Notes under the pieces: generated by a model | The model's database searches: none | What the model was told of the DNA's origin: nothing | What the model saw: only the letters and a program-made list of their open reading frames with translations | Made by a program: the position numbers and the translations under genes | NCBI GenBank assembly: GCA_963798845.1 | Contig: CAWCUS010000001.1 | Coordinates: 512,001 to 576,000 of the forward strand | DNA from: an uncultured Gemmatimonadales bacterium | GTDB lineage: Bacteria; Gemmatimonadota; Gemmatimonadetes; Longimicrobiales; RSA9 | DNA: 64,000 bases | Reading direction: 5' to 3' | In this document: piece after piece, positions 27,347 to 37,479 of the stretch | Position numbering within the stretch: the first letter of the stretch is position 1 | Layout of the letters: every line of letters starts with the position of its first letter

Positions 27347-27538
27347 GCGCCCGTCGACCGGGCGCTCAGCTCGGGCTGGCCGGAGCTGTCGCGCATCGGG
27401 CGCGCCGCAGGAGAGAAGCCATCAAGCGTCGTGTGCCTGGGGGTTCGAGGGTGGCGGAGCCGAGGGTCACGGCAAAATGCTCCCGGGGCAAGTGCTGAGC
27501 AACCGGTCGGGCAGAGGGTCCGGGTATGTCTGGGCGGC

Positions 27539-30500
27539 TCACTCCGCGTCCATCCGCCAGCTCTCGCCCCGGATGGCGACGACGAACGTGGGCACGAGGA
27601 AGAGAGTGATGGGGGTGGATAGGGCGAGGCCGCCGATGACGGCGAGGGCGAGGGGTCGCTGGAGCTCGGCGCCGGCGCCGAGGCCGAGGGCGAGGGGTAG
27701 GAGGCCGAAGAGGGTGCAGAGCGTGGTCATGACGATGGGCCGGAGCCGCACGCGCGCGGCCTCGCGGACGGCGGTGCCCAGCGGCTCGCCGAGGAAGCGC
27801 ATGCGGTGGCGAGTGAAGTCCAGCAGGATGATGCCGTTCTTCACGATGAGCCCCACGAGCAGGATCATCCCCATGAACGAGGACACGTTCAGCTCCGTGC
27901 CGGTGACCAGGAGGAGGGTTACGGCGCCCACGAAGCTGAGCGGGGCGGCCAGGATGATGACGAGGGGCTCGACGAAGGACTGGAACTGGATGAGCATGAC
28001 GGCCATGACGGAGAGGCCGGCGAGCAGCAGCACGAGGACGAGGCTGTGGAAGGCCTCCTGCTGCCCCTGGTACTGCCCGCCCAGCTCGAGCCGCACGCCG
28101 GCGGGGGGCGGGTTGGCGGCGATGACGTCGCGCACGTCCGCCATCACCTTGCCCAGCGCCCGCCCTTCCACGCCCGCGGTGACTGCGATCATCTGGCGCT
28201 GGTTCTCCCGCTCCAGCGACGCGGGCGACGCGGTGTCGGAGAGCGTGGCCAGCGCGCTGAGCGGCGTGGTGCGGCCGCCGTCGCCGTAGATCGGCAGCGT
28301 GCCCAGGGCGGCGGGGTCGTAGCGGAAGGCGTCGGGCGCCCGGACGCGGATGTCGACGGTGCGCTCGTCGGTCCGCACCTGGCCGGCGCCCACGCCGAGG
28401 AGCGCGGCCGCGGCCTGCTGCGCCACGGCCTCGGGCGTGAGGCCGATGCGCTCGGCGGCCGCGGGGCTCACGCGCATGAGGAGCTCGGGCGCGGGGTCCG
28501 GGACGCCGTCGTAGAGGTCCACGAGGCCGTCGATCGGCTCCAGCCTGGGCGCCAGCTCCCGGGCGTACGCCTGGAGCGCCGCCAGGCGGTCCCCGAACAG
28601 CTTGATCTCCAGCGGGTTGGGGCTCCCGGCCAGGTCGTTGATGAGGTCGGTGAGCACCTGGACGAACTCGATGTCCATGCGTGGCACCGCACGCTCCGCC
28701 TTCGCCCGCACCTCCTCCATGACCTCGAAGATGGTGCGGGAGCGCTGGCTCTCCGGCTTCAGCCTGGCGACGATGTCCCCGCTGTTCTGCTCCGTGGCGA
28801 ACATGCCCATCTCGGCGCCCGTCCGCCGGGACGTGGCCACGATCTCGGGCGTGGCCATCATGATCCGCTCCACGATGTGCAGCTGCCGGTCCGTCTCGGA
28901 GAGCGCGGTGCCCGTGGGCGTCAGGTAGTCGAACACGAAAGCGCCCTCGTCCATGATCGGCAGGAAGCCGGTGCCCACGAACCGCTGCGCGCCCCAGCCG
29001 GCCACCACCAGCAGCGCGGCCACGACGATCAGCGCACGCCGGTGGCGGAGCACCCGGTCGAGGGCGGTGGCGTACGCGGCGGTGAGGCGCTGCACGCCGT
29101 GACCCAGGCGGCGCGAGAGGCGGTGGATGAAGCCGGCTTCGCCCGGCGTCGGCTGCCGCGGGCCTTCGCCCTCGAACGCCTCCTCCACGTCCTCCGCGCG
29201 CACGAGCTGCTCGGCCAGGAGGGGCACGAGCGTGAGCGCGAGGGCGAGGGAGACCATGACGGCCATGGCCAGCGTGAAGGAGAGCGCGGCGAAGAACTGG
29301 CCAACCACGCCCTGGAGCAGAACGAGCGGGAGGAAGACCACCACGGTGGTGAGGGTGGAGGTGGTGACGGGCCAGACCAGCTCGGCCACGGCCTCGCGGA
29401 TGGCGGAGCGGCGGTCGGGCTGGAGAGCCAGGTGGCGGGCTATGTTCTCGGTGACGACCACTGCATCGTCGATGACGAGGCCGATGGCGATGGCCATGCC
29501 GCCCAGGCTCATGAGGTTGAACGTGCGCCCGAGGAGCTTCATCCCGAACACGGTGATGGCCATGGTGAGCGGGATGGCGAGGGCGCTGATGGCGGTGATG
29601 CGGGCGTCGCGGAGGAAGGCGAGGAGCACCACTACGGCCAGGAGCGCGCCGATGAGCATGGCATCCCGCACGGAGCCCACGGCCTCCCGCACGAGCGACG
29701 CCTGGTCGTAGACCACCTCCACGCGCACGCCCTTCGGGAGCGACGGGGCCAGGGCGCGCAGCGTGGCGGCCACGCTGTCGGCCACTTCCAGCGTGCTGCC
29801 GCCCGCCTGCCGCGAGATGTTGATGAGCGCGGCCGGCTGCCCATCACCCCGGATGAGGCTGACGCGCTCCTCGGTGCCGAGCCGCACGTCCGCCACGTCG
29901 CGCACCCGGAGCCGGCCCGGGAGCACCACGGCGCCGATGTCGCCGGCGTCGTGGGCCTCGCGGTCCATGAGGACCAGGTACTGGAGGTAGTCCCGGTCGG
30001 CCCGGCCCACGGGGTGCACGCCCAGGGCGGCGTGGATGGCATCCGCGAGGCCGGCATACGACAGACCGGCGCCCGCCAGCTTCGCGGGGTCCGCCACCAC
30101 CTCGTACTCGCGCACGTCGCTGCCCTGGACGTCGACGCGGCCCACGCCCGGGATGCCGGCCAGCGCCGGACGGATGCGGTAGCGCGCGATGTCGTAGAGC
30201 GCCCCTGCGTCGTCGCCGCCAAGGACGTTGTAGGTGATGATGGGGAAGAGCGACGGCAGCATCCGCTCCGTCTCGATCTCGACCTCCGCGGGCAGCTCCG
30301 CCTGGACCTGGTTGATGCGGGACTCGGTGAGCTGGAGCGCCACGACCATGTCGGTGCCAGGGGCGAAGTAGACCGAGATCTCGCTGCCGCCCCGGATGGT
30401 GCGGGAGCGGACGCGCTGCGCCCCCGGCACCACGCTCACCGCCTGCTCGATGGGGCGCGTCACGCTGAACATCTGCTGGCGCGTGCCCAGCGCGGTTCCC

Positions 30501-30649
30501 TTGGCCACGATGGTGATGCGCGGGAAGTTGAGCTCCGGGTAGATGGACGAGGGCAGCCGGAACATGGCCGCCACGCCCGCGGCGGTGAGCAGCGCCACGA
30601 CCAGGTAGATGAACCGCCGCTGGGCGAGGAGGGCGTCGAAGGCTCTCAT
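27539..30649 (-). CDS. RND efflux permease subunit (AcrB/CusA family)
   Basis: 1036 aa; IGLVIDDAVVVTENI, VKNGIILLD and RLRPIVMT. Confidence 0.96.
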   Translation of the reverse strand: MRAFDALLAQRRFIYLVVALLTAAGVAAMFRLPSSIYPELNFPRITIVAKGTALGTRQQMFSVTRPIEQAVSVVPGAQRVRSRTIRGGSEISVYFAPGTDMVVALQLTESRINQVQAELPAEVEIETERMLPSLFPIITYNVLGGDDAGALYDIARYRIRPALAGIPGVGRVDVQGSDVREYEVVADPAKLAGAGLSYAGLADAIHAALGVHPVGRADRDYLQYLVLMDREAHDAGDIGAVVLPGRLRVRDVADVRLGTEERVSLIRGDGQPAALINISRQAGGSTLEVADSVAATLRALAPSLPKGVRVEVVYDQASLVREAVGSVRDAMLIGALLAVVVLLAFLRDARITAISALAIPLTMAITVFGMKLLGRTFNLMSLGGMAIAIGLVIDDAVVVTENIARHLALQPDRRSAIREAVAELVWPVTTSTLTTVVVFLPLVLLQGVVGQFFAALSFTLAMAVMVSLALALTLVPLLAEQLVRAEDVEEAFEGEGPRQPTPGEAGFIHRLSRRLGHGVQRLTAAYATALDRVLRHRRALIVVAALLVVAGWGAQRFVGTGFLPIMDEGAFVFDYLTPTGTALSETDRQLHIVERIMMATPEIVATSRRTGAEMGMFATEQNSGDIVARLKPESQRSRTIFEVMEEVRAKAERAVPRMDIEFVQVLTDLINDLAGSPNPLEIKLFGDRLAALQAYARELAPRLEPIDGLVDLYDGVPDPAPELLMRVSPAAAERIGLTPEAVAQQAAAALLGVGAGQVRTDERTVDIRVRAPDAFRYDPAALGTLPIYGDGGRTTPLSALATLSDTASPASLERENQRQMIAVTAGVEGRALGKVMADVRDVIAANPPPAGVRLELGGQYQGQQEAFHSLVLVLLLAGLSVMAVMLIQFQSFVEPLVIILAAPLSFVGAVTLLLVTGTELNVSSFMGMILLVGLIVKNGIILLDFTRHRMRFLGEPLGTAVREAARVRLRPIVMTTLCTLFGLLPLALGLGAGAELQRPLALAVIGGLALSTPITLFLVPTFVVAIRGESWRMDAE

Positions 30650-31764
30650 ACGCCGGCGCTGCCGTCGCCCGGGGGCCCGGCGCCGTTCCCGGGCGGCCGG
30701 ATGCGCGCGCCGTCCGTGACCCCGTACGCCCCGCCGGTGACCACGGTCTCCCCGCCCTCGAGCCCGGAGACGATCTCCGCTCCGGAATCGGACCGGCCGC
30801 CCACCACCACGGGCGTCTCGTGCGCGATCCCCTGGCCATCCACCACGAACACGTGCGTCCCCGCTTCTCCCGGTACCAGCGCCGCCACCGGCACCACCAC
30901 CGCGCCGCTGTCCACGCCCACCGTGATCCGGCCCGCCACCGTCTCGCCCGAGCGGAGCTGCCGGGCCGGACGGTCGGGGACCACGCGCACCTGGACGCTC
31001 CCGGTGGCCGCGTCGACCGCCGCGCTGACGCCCGTGACCGTGCCGTGGCCCAGTCCCGCGGGCACGTCACGCGCGCCGCCCGGATCGGTGGCGGCCAGTT
31101 CCACGTCGGCGCCCGGGCGGACCCGGTCCGCGTCGGCGGGGGAGAGGCGGAAGACCACCGCGAGGCCCGACGGCGCAACCACGTCCACCAGCGGCTGGTC
31201 GATGCCCACCGCCTGCCCCAGCGCCACGTCCACCCCCGTGACCACGCCCGCGATCGGCGAGCGCACGGTGGCCAGGTCACGGTTCCGGCGCGCTTCCGCC
31301 ACCGCCGCCCGCGCCTGGGCCAGCTCCGACGTGGCCGATTCCAGCTCCTTGCGCGGCGCGATGCCCTGGTCCACCAGCCGCTCCGCCCGCGCCTGCGCTT
31401 CCCTTGCCGACGCGAGCGCCGCCTGGGCCTGCGACAGCTGCGGCCCGAACACGGACGCGTCCAGCCGCACCAGCGGCTGACCCGCCGACACCCGGTCCCC
31501 GGCCGCCACCAGAACTGCCGTCACCCGGGTGGGCGCCGGCGCCGCCGGTCGAGCTTCCGCGCCCGGCCCCGGAACCACCGTCCCGAGCGCGGTGAGCGTC
31601 AGCGGGAAATCCTCCACCCGGGCCGTGGCCGTGGCCGCCTCCACCACCGGCGGCTCGCCGCCCCCCGCTTCGCCCGCGCCCCCGCCGCGCGTCACCAGGA
31701 ACACGACGACGGCCAGCAGGGCCGCGACCGCGCCCACTACCCCCCAGCGCCGGCCCGCGCTCAT
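30646..31764 (-). CDS. RND periplasmic adaptor (membrane fusion protein)
   Basis: N-terminal TM helix, GDRVSAGQPLV lipoyl half, coiled hairpin, RSPIAGVV and SGLEGGETVV. Confidence 0.93.
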   Translation of the reverse strand: MSAGRRWGVVGAVAALLAVVVFLVTRGGGAGEAGGGEPPVVEAATATARVEDFPLTLTALGTVVPGPGAEARPAAPAPTRVTAVLVAAGDRVSAGQPLVRLDASVFGPQLSQAQAALASAREAQARAERLVDQGIAPRKELESATSELAQARAAVAEARRNRDLATVRSPIAGVVTGVDVALGQAVGIDQPLVDVVAPSGLAVVFRLSPADADRVRPGADVELAATDPGGARDVPAGLGHGTVTGVSAAVDAATGSVQVRVVPDRPARQLRSGETVAGRITVGVDSGAVVVPVAALVPGEAGTHVFVVDGQGIAHETPVVVGGRSDSGAEIVSGLEGGETVVTGGAYGVTDGARIRPPGNGAGPPGDGSAGV

Positions 31765-33118
31765 GGCTGCACCCCCGTCGCGCGCGCCAGGGCAAGCGCG
31801 GCGCTCGCGGTGCGCAGCGCGACGACGTCCTCCAGCACCTGCCGCTGGGCGTCCCGGGCGCTCCGCTGCGCTTCCAGCACGCTCGCCAGCGGGTACGCCC
31901 CCTCCTCGTAGGCGGTCACCGACAGCCGGGCCACGCGCTCGGCGCTCTCGAGCGCCTGCCGGTCGACGGCCAGGCGCGAGCGGGCCAGGTCGCGGCCCCG
32001 GGACGCCGTCGCCACGGCCAGCTCCGCGTCGCGTCGGGCGCCGGCCAGCTCGGCGGCGGTGCGGTCCGCTTCGGCGCGGGCGGCGGCCACCGCCCCGCCG
32101 TTCCGGTTGAACAGGGGGATCGGGAGGCTCAGGCCGAACGTGGGCAGCAGCCCCGGCTCGTCGGGCGCGCCCTCCTCCACGCCCAGCCGCAGCGCGGGCG
32201 CCGGCAACCGCCCCCGTCGCGTCGAGGCGAGCCGGCCCAGTGCGGCCTCGCGCTCCGCGGCGGCGGCGGCGAGGGCGAGGGCGGTGTCCGGCGGGGCGTC
32301 GGCCGGTGGGGCGTCGGCCGGTGGGGTGGCGGCCGGTGGGGCGTCGGCCGGTGTGGTGGCGGCCGGTGCGGGGTGGCGGCCGCGGCGGCGGGCATCGTCG
32401 CCGGGTCGAAAGTGTCGACGGCGATGATCCGGATCGAGTCCACCGGCAGTCCCATGAGGCTCTGCAGCTCCAGCGTTGCGGTGAGCGCGGTCAGCGAGTC
32501 GGAGAGGAAGGAGGACTGGAGCTGGCGGGCGTTGACGCGGGCCAGGTCGACGTCCAGGTCGCTGGCATCACCGGCGTCGCGACGCTGCTCTGTGACGCGC
32601 ACCAGCCGCTCGCCCTCCTCCGCCTGCCTCGCCGCCAGCGTGGCCACCTGCCGACCCGCTGCCGCCTCGGCGTACGTCCGGGTGATGTCATAGCGCAGGC
32701 GGGCGCGCTCCACGGCCAGCCGGAGCGACGCCGCGGCGGCGCCCGCGCGCGCTCCGCGGATCCGGGGCCCCCGCACCCACGGGTACTCGAACGGCTGCTC
32801 CAGGACCACGTGGTAGTGTGGCGCGTCCTTCGTGTAGTCCGCCGCCAGGTCCGGGTTCGGCCACTCCCGGGCCGTGCGCAGCTCGGCCCGCGCCATTCCT
32901 GAGTCCGCGCGGGCGACCGCGACGGAGGGCGAGGCGGCGAGGGCCGCGTCCAGCGCCTCGGCGAGCGTCACGGGGCGCTGGGCCGCGGCCGGCGAGGCGG
33001 CCACGACCGCGGCGAGGGCCGCGGCGAGCGCCGCGCCGCGGGCGGGGGTCCGGCAGCGCCCGGCAAGCCGGCGACGGACCGGGCGTTCGGGGTTGAAGGC
33101 ACGTCGTCGTCCTGTCAC
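31761..33118 (-). pseudogene. TolC-family outer-membrane channel with a frameshift near 32369 (pseudogene or error)
   Basis: Signal peptide, WPNP and AGDASDLD in one frame; LSLPIPLFNRN and YEEGAYPL in another; the break lies in a 15-bp repeat tract. Confidence 0.82.
32293..32382. repeat. 15-bp tandem repeat (five copies plus a partial copy) within tolC
   Basis: Units GGGGCGTCGGCCGGT and GGGGTGGCGGCCGGT encoding PADAP/PAATP. Confidence 0.85.
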
Positions 33119-34380
33119 GCATCCTCCAGCGGTAGTGTCACGGTCGCGAGGGTGCCACCGGCAGCGGAGCGGGCCAACTCCACCGTGCCGCCGTGGGCCC
33201 CGGCGATCCAGCGTGCGATGGGAAGGCCGAGTCCGGCGCCGGGCGCGCGGCCCCGGGCGGGGTCGGCGCGGTAGAAGCGCTCGAACACGCGGGCCAGTGC
33301 CTCGTCGGAGATCCCGGGCCCCTCGTCCTCGACGTGCACGCGCGCCCGGCCGTCCGCGCGCGTGGCCCGCAGCCGGATCGTCCCGCCGGCGGGCGAGAAC
33401 TTGATGGCATTGTCCAGCAGGATCATGAACAGCTGGCGCAGGAGCCCCGGGTCTGCCCGTGCGGGGAGCTCGTCCAGCGCGTCCACTTCCAGCGCCACGT
33501 CCCGCTCCCGGGCCAGGACGCGGGCCGACGACGCCGCGTCCAGCAGCACGTCGTCCACGAACAGCGACTCCCGCCGCTCCGGCCACGCCCCGGCCTCGGC
33601 CGTGGCGAGCGTCAGGATATTGGCGAGGATCCCGCTCAGGCGCTCCGTCTCCGCGCGTATGGAGCGGAGGGTGTCGGCGTAGTCGTCGCCGGAGCGGGGG
33701 TGGCGCAGCGCCACGTCCGCGTGCCCCTGGACCACGGAGACGGGCGTGCGCAGCTCGTGGGCGGCGTCGGCCATGAACCGGCGCATGCGGGAGAACGCCT
33801 CATCCACCGGCCGGATGGAGCGCACGGCCAGCAGCCACCCGCCGAGCCCGGCCAGGAAGAGCGCCGCGGCCGCCGCAGCGGCGAACGCGGCCACCAGCCC
33901 CGGATACTGATGGTCGATCTCCAGCGCCTCGCCCCCGGCCACCACCACGCGCCGCTCGCCCCCGTCCAGCGTCACGGGCGACGCGTACGCCCGCGCCGTG
34001 GCACCGCCGGGGAGGTCTCGCTCCACGAGCCGTGCGCCGCCGTGCGCGGCGGCCAGGGCGAGGTCGCGGACCCAGGGAGCGGCGGTGTCGGGATGGATGA
34101 GGTGCCCGGCGTCGTCGAACAGGTAGAGGGCCCGGTCCGGGATGCGGAGCTCGTCGAGCGCGTCCACCTGGCCCGGGCCCGGGGCGCCCTCACGGACGCG
34201 GGTGTCGGCCGCTTCCACGACCGCCTCGGCGGCCTTGCGGAGCGAGCGGTCGAGCTGGCTGGAGGCCTCGCGCGCCACCACCCAGAGCAGCGCGGCGCCG
34301 AAGCCCAGCAGGAGCAGGGCGAACACGCCGATGTACCAGGCGGTGAGGTGCAGCCGGAGCCGCCGCAGCCCCTCGATCAT
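33115..34380 (-). CDS. Sensor histidine kinase
   Basis: Two TM helices; H-box FMADAAHELRTP, N-box LLDNAIKF, DEGPGI and GLGL. Confidence 0.95.
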   Translation of the reverse strand: MIEGLRRLRLHLTAWYIGVFALLLLGFGAALLWVVAREASSQLDRSLRKAAEAVVEAADTRVREGAPGPGQVDALDELRIPDRALYLFDDAGHLIHPDTAAPWVRDLALAAAHGGARLVERDLPGGATARAYASPVTLDGGERRVVVAGGEALEIDHQYPGLVAAFAAAAAAALFLAGLGGWLLAVRSIRPVDEAFSRMRRFMADAAHELRTPVSVVQGHADVALRHPRSGDDYADTLRSIRAETERLSGILANILTLATAEAGAWPERRESLFVDDVLLDAASSARVLARERDVALEVDALDELPARADPGLLRQLFMILLDNAIKFSPAGGTIRLRATRADGRARVHVEDEGPGISDEALARVFERFYRADPARGRAPGAGLGLPIARWIAGAHGGTVELARSAAGGTLATVTLPLEDA

Positions 34381-34405
34381 GCCGCCGCCCCCGCACCCGT
34401 TGCGC

Positions 34406-35074
34406 TCACGCCCCGAACCGGTAGCCGGCGCCGCGGACGGTGTGGATCAGGGGCCGCGCGCCTTCGCCGTCGATCTTCTTCCGGAGCCGGGCGATGAGCA
34501 TCTCCAGCGCGTTGGAGAACGGGTCGTGGTTCTCGTCCCAGACGTACGCCGTGATCTCGGCGCGGTCCACCACGCGGTCGTGGTTGCGGACGAAGAGCTC
34601 CAGCAGGTCCCACTCCTTGGACGTGATCCGGATGTCCTCGCCGCGCCGGCGCACGCGGCGACTGCGCAGGTCCACAGTCAGATCCTCCAGCTCGAACAGC
34701 TCGGGCGCCAGCTGCGGCGGCCGTCGCGCCAGCGCCCGGACCCGCGCCAGCAGCTCGCGCAGGTCGAACGGCTTGGTCAGGTAGTCATCCGCGCCGCTCT
34801 CCAGCCCGGCCACCCGGTCGGGCACGGCGTCGCGCGCGGTGAGCATGAGGATGGGCGTCCGGATCTCCTCCTCGCGCACCGCCCGGCACAGCTCCAGACC
34901 GCTGCCGCCCGGGAGCATGACGTCCAGCACGATCACGTCGTAGTTGCCCAGGATCGCCCGCATGCGCCCGTCCCGGTACGTGGTGGCCGACTCCGTCTCG
35001 ACCCCCTCCTCCTCGAGACCCCGGGTGAGGATGGAGACCATCTCCACGTCATCCTCCACGATCAACACGCGCAT
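34406..35074 (-). CDS. OmpR-family response regulator
   Basis: LDVMLPG, GADDYLTKPF and C-terminal winged helix IHTVRGAGY. Confidence 0.96.
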   Translation of the reverse strand: MRVLIVEDDVEMVSILTRGLEEEGVETESATTYRDGRMRAILGNYDVIVLDVMLPGGSGLELCRAVREEEIRTPILMLTARDAVPDRVAGLESGADDYLTKPFDLRELLARVRALARRPPQLAPELFELEDLTVDLRSRRVRRRGEDIRITSKEWDLLELFVRNHDRVVDRAEITAYVWDENHDPFSNALEMLIARLRKKIDGEGARPLIHTVRGAGYRFGA

Positions 35075-35087
35075 GCCCGCTCCCGGC

Positions 35088-36113
35088 CTACTGCCGCTCC
35101 ACCGTGACCAGCCGGTTCACCGTGTTCGGACCCTCGTTCTCCTGCACCAGCCCCACGCCCCGGCAGTACAGCTTGGTCTCCCGGACGGTCGGCTCCAGCG
35201 GGGTGGTGTCCACCGTCCTGATGCAGTCGCTGAAACTGCCCTGGGGCACCGTGGCGGACACGTTCAGCGCTGCCACCCGCCCCTGGTCCTCCGCCACGCC
35301 TCTGCGGTACTCCTGCCGGTACGCCTGCCCCACGGACGGGTTAGCCGGCATGATGAGTCCCGGCTTCGCCCCGGCCTCGCCCGCCTGCCACGAGCCGGAT
35401 GTGGAGACCACACGGCCATTCTCCAGCTCCCGCGCGTCCTCGCCCAGGTACCACACGTTGCCCGCCCGGTCCTGGGCGTACCAGTCGTACGTCTCCTCCG
35501 CCAGCGCGCCGTCCCCGTCGTACTCCCGGTCCAGCACCACCGTGGCCGCGATTCCCTGGATGTCCTTCGTCTGGCCCGTCACCGTGACCACGTTCTTCTC
35601 GCCGTTCGTGGACTCGTAGCGGTAGACCGTCCCCGGCGCCAGAGGAAAGTACGGGTTGTCCACACCGGCGACGAACTCGCGGGCGACGACGCCGGGCTCG
35701 TACGGCTCCGTGACCGGCGCCGGCGTGGCCGCGGGCGCGGCCTCGCCGGCCTCGCCGACTTCGGCAGCTTCCCCTGCCTCATCGGCTTCCCCGTTCTCGC
35801 CGGACTCCTCCGCCTTCTCGGCCGCCTCATCGGCCGCTCCCTCGTGCTCGCGCGCCAGGACCTTCCCGGTCACCGCGTCCACGTGGACCTCCTCAACCCC
35901 GGGCTGGCCGGCGGCCACGAGGTCGTAGGAGTAGATCCACCGCCCGCCCTCGTGCTCCAGCTCCTGCCCCTTCACTGTGGCCCCGGGGACCACAGCCAGT
36001 GCGGCGGCGCGCGCGCTCGGCTCCGGTATGCGGTCCTCCGGCGGGTTGCCGGCGCAGGCCGAAAAAGCGAGCAGGACGGCTGACATGGACGCGACCTGTG
36101 CCATGCTCCTCAT
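35088..36113 (-). CDS. Lipoprotein: PepSY domain, acidic linker and uncharacterised C-terminal beta domain
   Basis: Lipobox FSAC; PepSY pattern ELEHEGGRWIYSYD..EEVHVDAVTGKVL; DNPYFPL...YAQDRAGNVWYLGE. Confidence 0.8.
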   Translation of the reverse strand: MRSMAQVASMSAVLLAFSACAGNPPEDRIPEPSARAAALAVVPGATVKGQELEHEGGRWIYSYDLVAAGQPGVEEVHVDAVTGKVLAREHEGAADEAAEKAEESGENGEADEAGEAAEVGEAGEAAPAATPAPVTEPYEPGVVAREFVAGVDNPYFPLAPGTVYRYESTNGEKNVVTVTGQTKDIQGIAATVVLDREYDGDGALAEETYDWYAQDRAGNVWYLGEDARELENGRVVSTSGSWQAGEAGAKPGLIMPANPSVGQAYRQEYRRGVAEDQGRVAALNVSATVPQGSFSDCIRTVDTTPLEPTVRETKLYCRGVGLVQENEGPNTVNRLVTVERQ

Positions 36114-36169
36114 GATTCCGCTCTCCTGTGATGTTCCCAGTGTTCCCGGGGCCAAGATAGCGGCCGCCT

Positions 36170-36251
36170 GCTAACAACAGGCTAACACGGAGATCGGGGG
36201 AAACGTTGACAGCTGGGCGGCTGTCATCCTCGGCTGTTATCCTCCCGTTAT
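36170..36251. promoter_or_regulatory. 11-bp-spaced direct repeats (OmpR/PhoB-type boxes) in the divergent promoter region
   Basis: GCTAACA at 36170 and 36181; CTGTTAT at 36234 and CCGTTAT at 36245; also CTGTCAT at 36221. Confidence 0.6.
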
Positions 36252-36357
36252 CTCCGCGGGCGTATTGTAGTCCGTTCCCGCACGGCCGCGCCCGGTCCTT
36301 TGGATCGCGCGCGCGTCGACGGGACCACCGCTCGCCACCCCTACCTCGAGGACTCCG

Positions 36358-37389
36358 ATGAAGCGTTTCCCGGCACTCGTGCTGGTGCTCTCCCTCGCCG
36401 CCACACTCGCGCTCCCCCGCCCGGCCGCACCGCAGTCCGGGCCCTACCAGGTCACCCGTCATGTCCAGCTCGGCGGCGACGGCGGCTGGGACTACATCAC
36501 CGTGGACACCGCCGGCAACCGGATCTTCCTCACCCGCTCGGACCGCGTCATGGTGGTGGACCAGAACTCCCTGCGACTGATCACGGAAATCCCCGGGCTC
36601 CAGCGCGGCCACGGCGTGGCGCTGGCGTACGCGGCCGGCCACGGCTTCGTCACGTCGGGTGCGGACAGCACGGTGACCATGTTCGACCTGCGGACGCTGG
36701 AGGTGCTGGGCACCACCACGGCCGGCGTGGACGACGACGCCGTCCTCTTCGACGCCGCCTCCGACCACGTCTTCACCTTCAACGGAGACGCCCACTCGGC
36801 CAGCGTCATCGACCCCGTGAGCGGCGAGCGCGTCGGCACCATCCCCCTGGGCGGCAAGCCGGAGTTCGGAGTGAGCGCCGGCAACGGGAAGGTGTACGTG
36901 AACATTGAGGACCGGAGCGAGGTGGTGGAGATCGACGCCAGGGCCATGAAGGTGATGCGCCGCTGGTCGCTGGCGCCGTGCGAGGAGCCGAGCGGCCTCG
37001 CCATCGACGTCGCCCACCACCGGCTCTTCAGCGTCTGCCACAGCCGGGTCATGGCCATCTCCGACGCCGACGCCGGCAGGGTGGTGGCCACGGTCCCCAT
37101 CGGCGCCGGTGTGGACGGCGCACGCTTCGACCCCGGCACCGGCTATGCCTTTGCGTCCAATGGCGATGGCACGCTCACCGTGGTGCACCAGGATTCGCCC
37201 GACGCGTACCACGTCGTGCAGAACGTGGCCACCCTGCCCGGCGCCCGGACCCTGGCCCTGGACGCGCGAACGCACACGGTTTATACGGTGAGCGCGAAGT
37301 TCGGACCGATGCCGGAGGGGGAGGGCCGCCGACGTCCGCCGCTGGTTCCGGGGTCATTCGAGCTCATGGTGATCACGCTCCAGCCGTAG
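36358..37389 (+). CDS. Secreted YncE/YVTN-family beta-propeller
   Basis: Signal peptide; GGWDY, HGVAL, GKPEF, CEEPSGLAID, GVDGARFD and GARTLALD blades. Confidence 0.88.
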   Translation: MKRFPALVLVLSLAATLALPRPAAPQSGPYQVTRHVQLGGDGGWDYITVDTAGNRIFLTRSDRVMVVDQNSLRLITEIPGLQRGHGVALAYAAGHGFVTSGADSTVTMFDLRTLEVLGTTTAGVDDDAVLFDAASDHVFTFNGDAHSASVIDPVSGERVGTIPLGGKPEFGVSAGNGKVYVNIEDRSEVVEIDARAMKVMRRWSLAPCEEPSGLAIDVAHHRLFSVCHSRVMAISDADAGRVVATVPIGAGVDGARFDPGTGYAFASNGDGTLTVVHQDSPDAYHVVQNVATLPGARTLALDARTHTVYTVSAKFGPMPEGEGRRRPPLVPGSFELMVITLQP

Positions 37390-37479
37390 CCCCGGCTGTC
37401 GCACGGCGGCCACTCCCGCACTCCCCGCTGCGCCGGAGCGTGTCGCCGTATGCGAGCAGCCCGTTCGCGTCCTGCCGCA

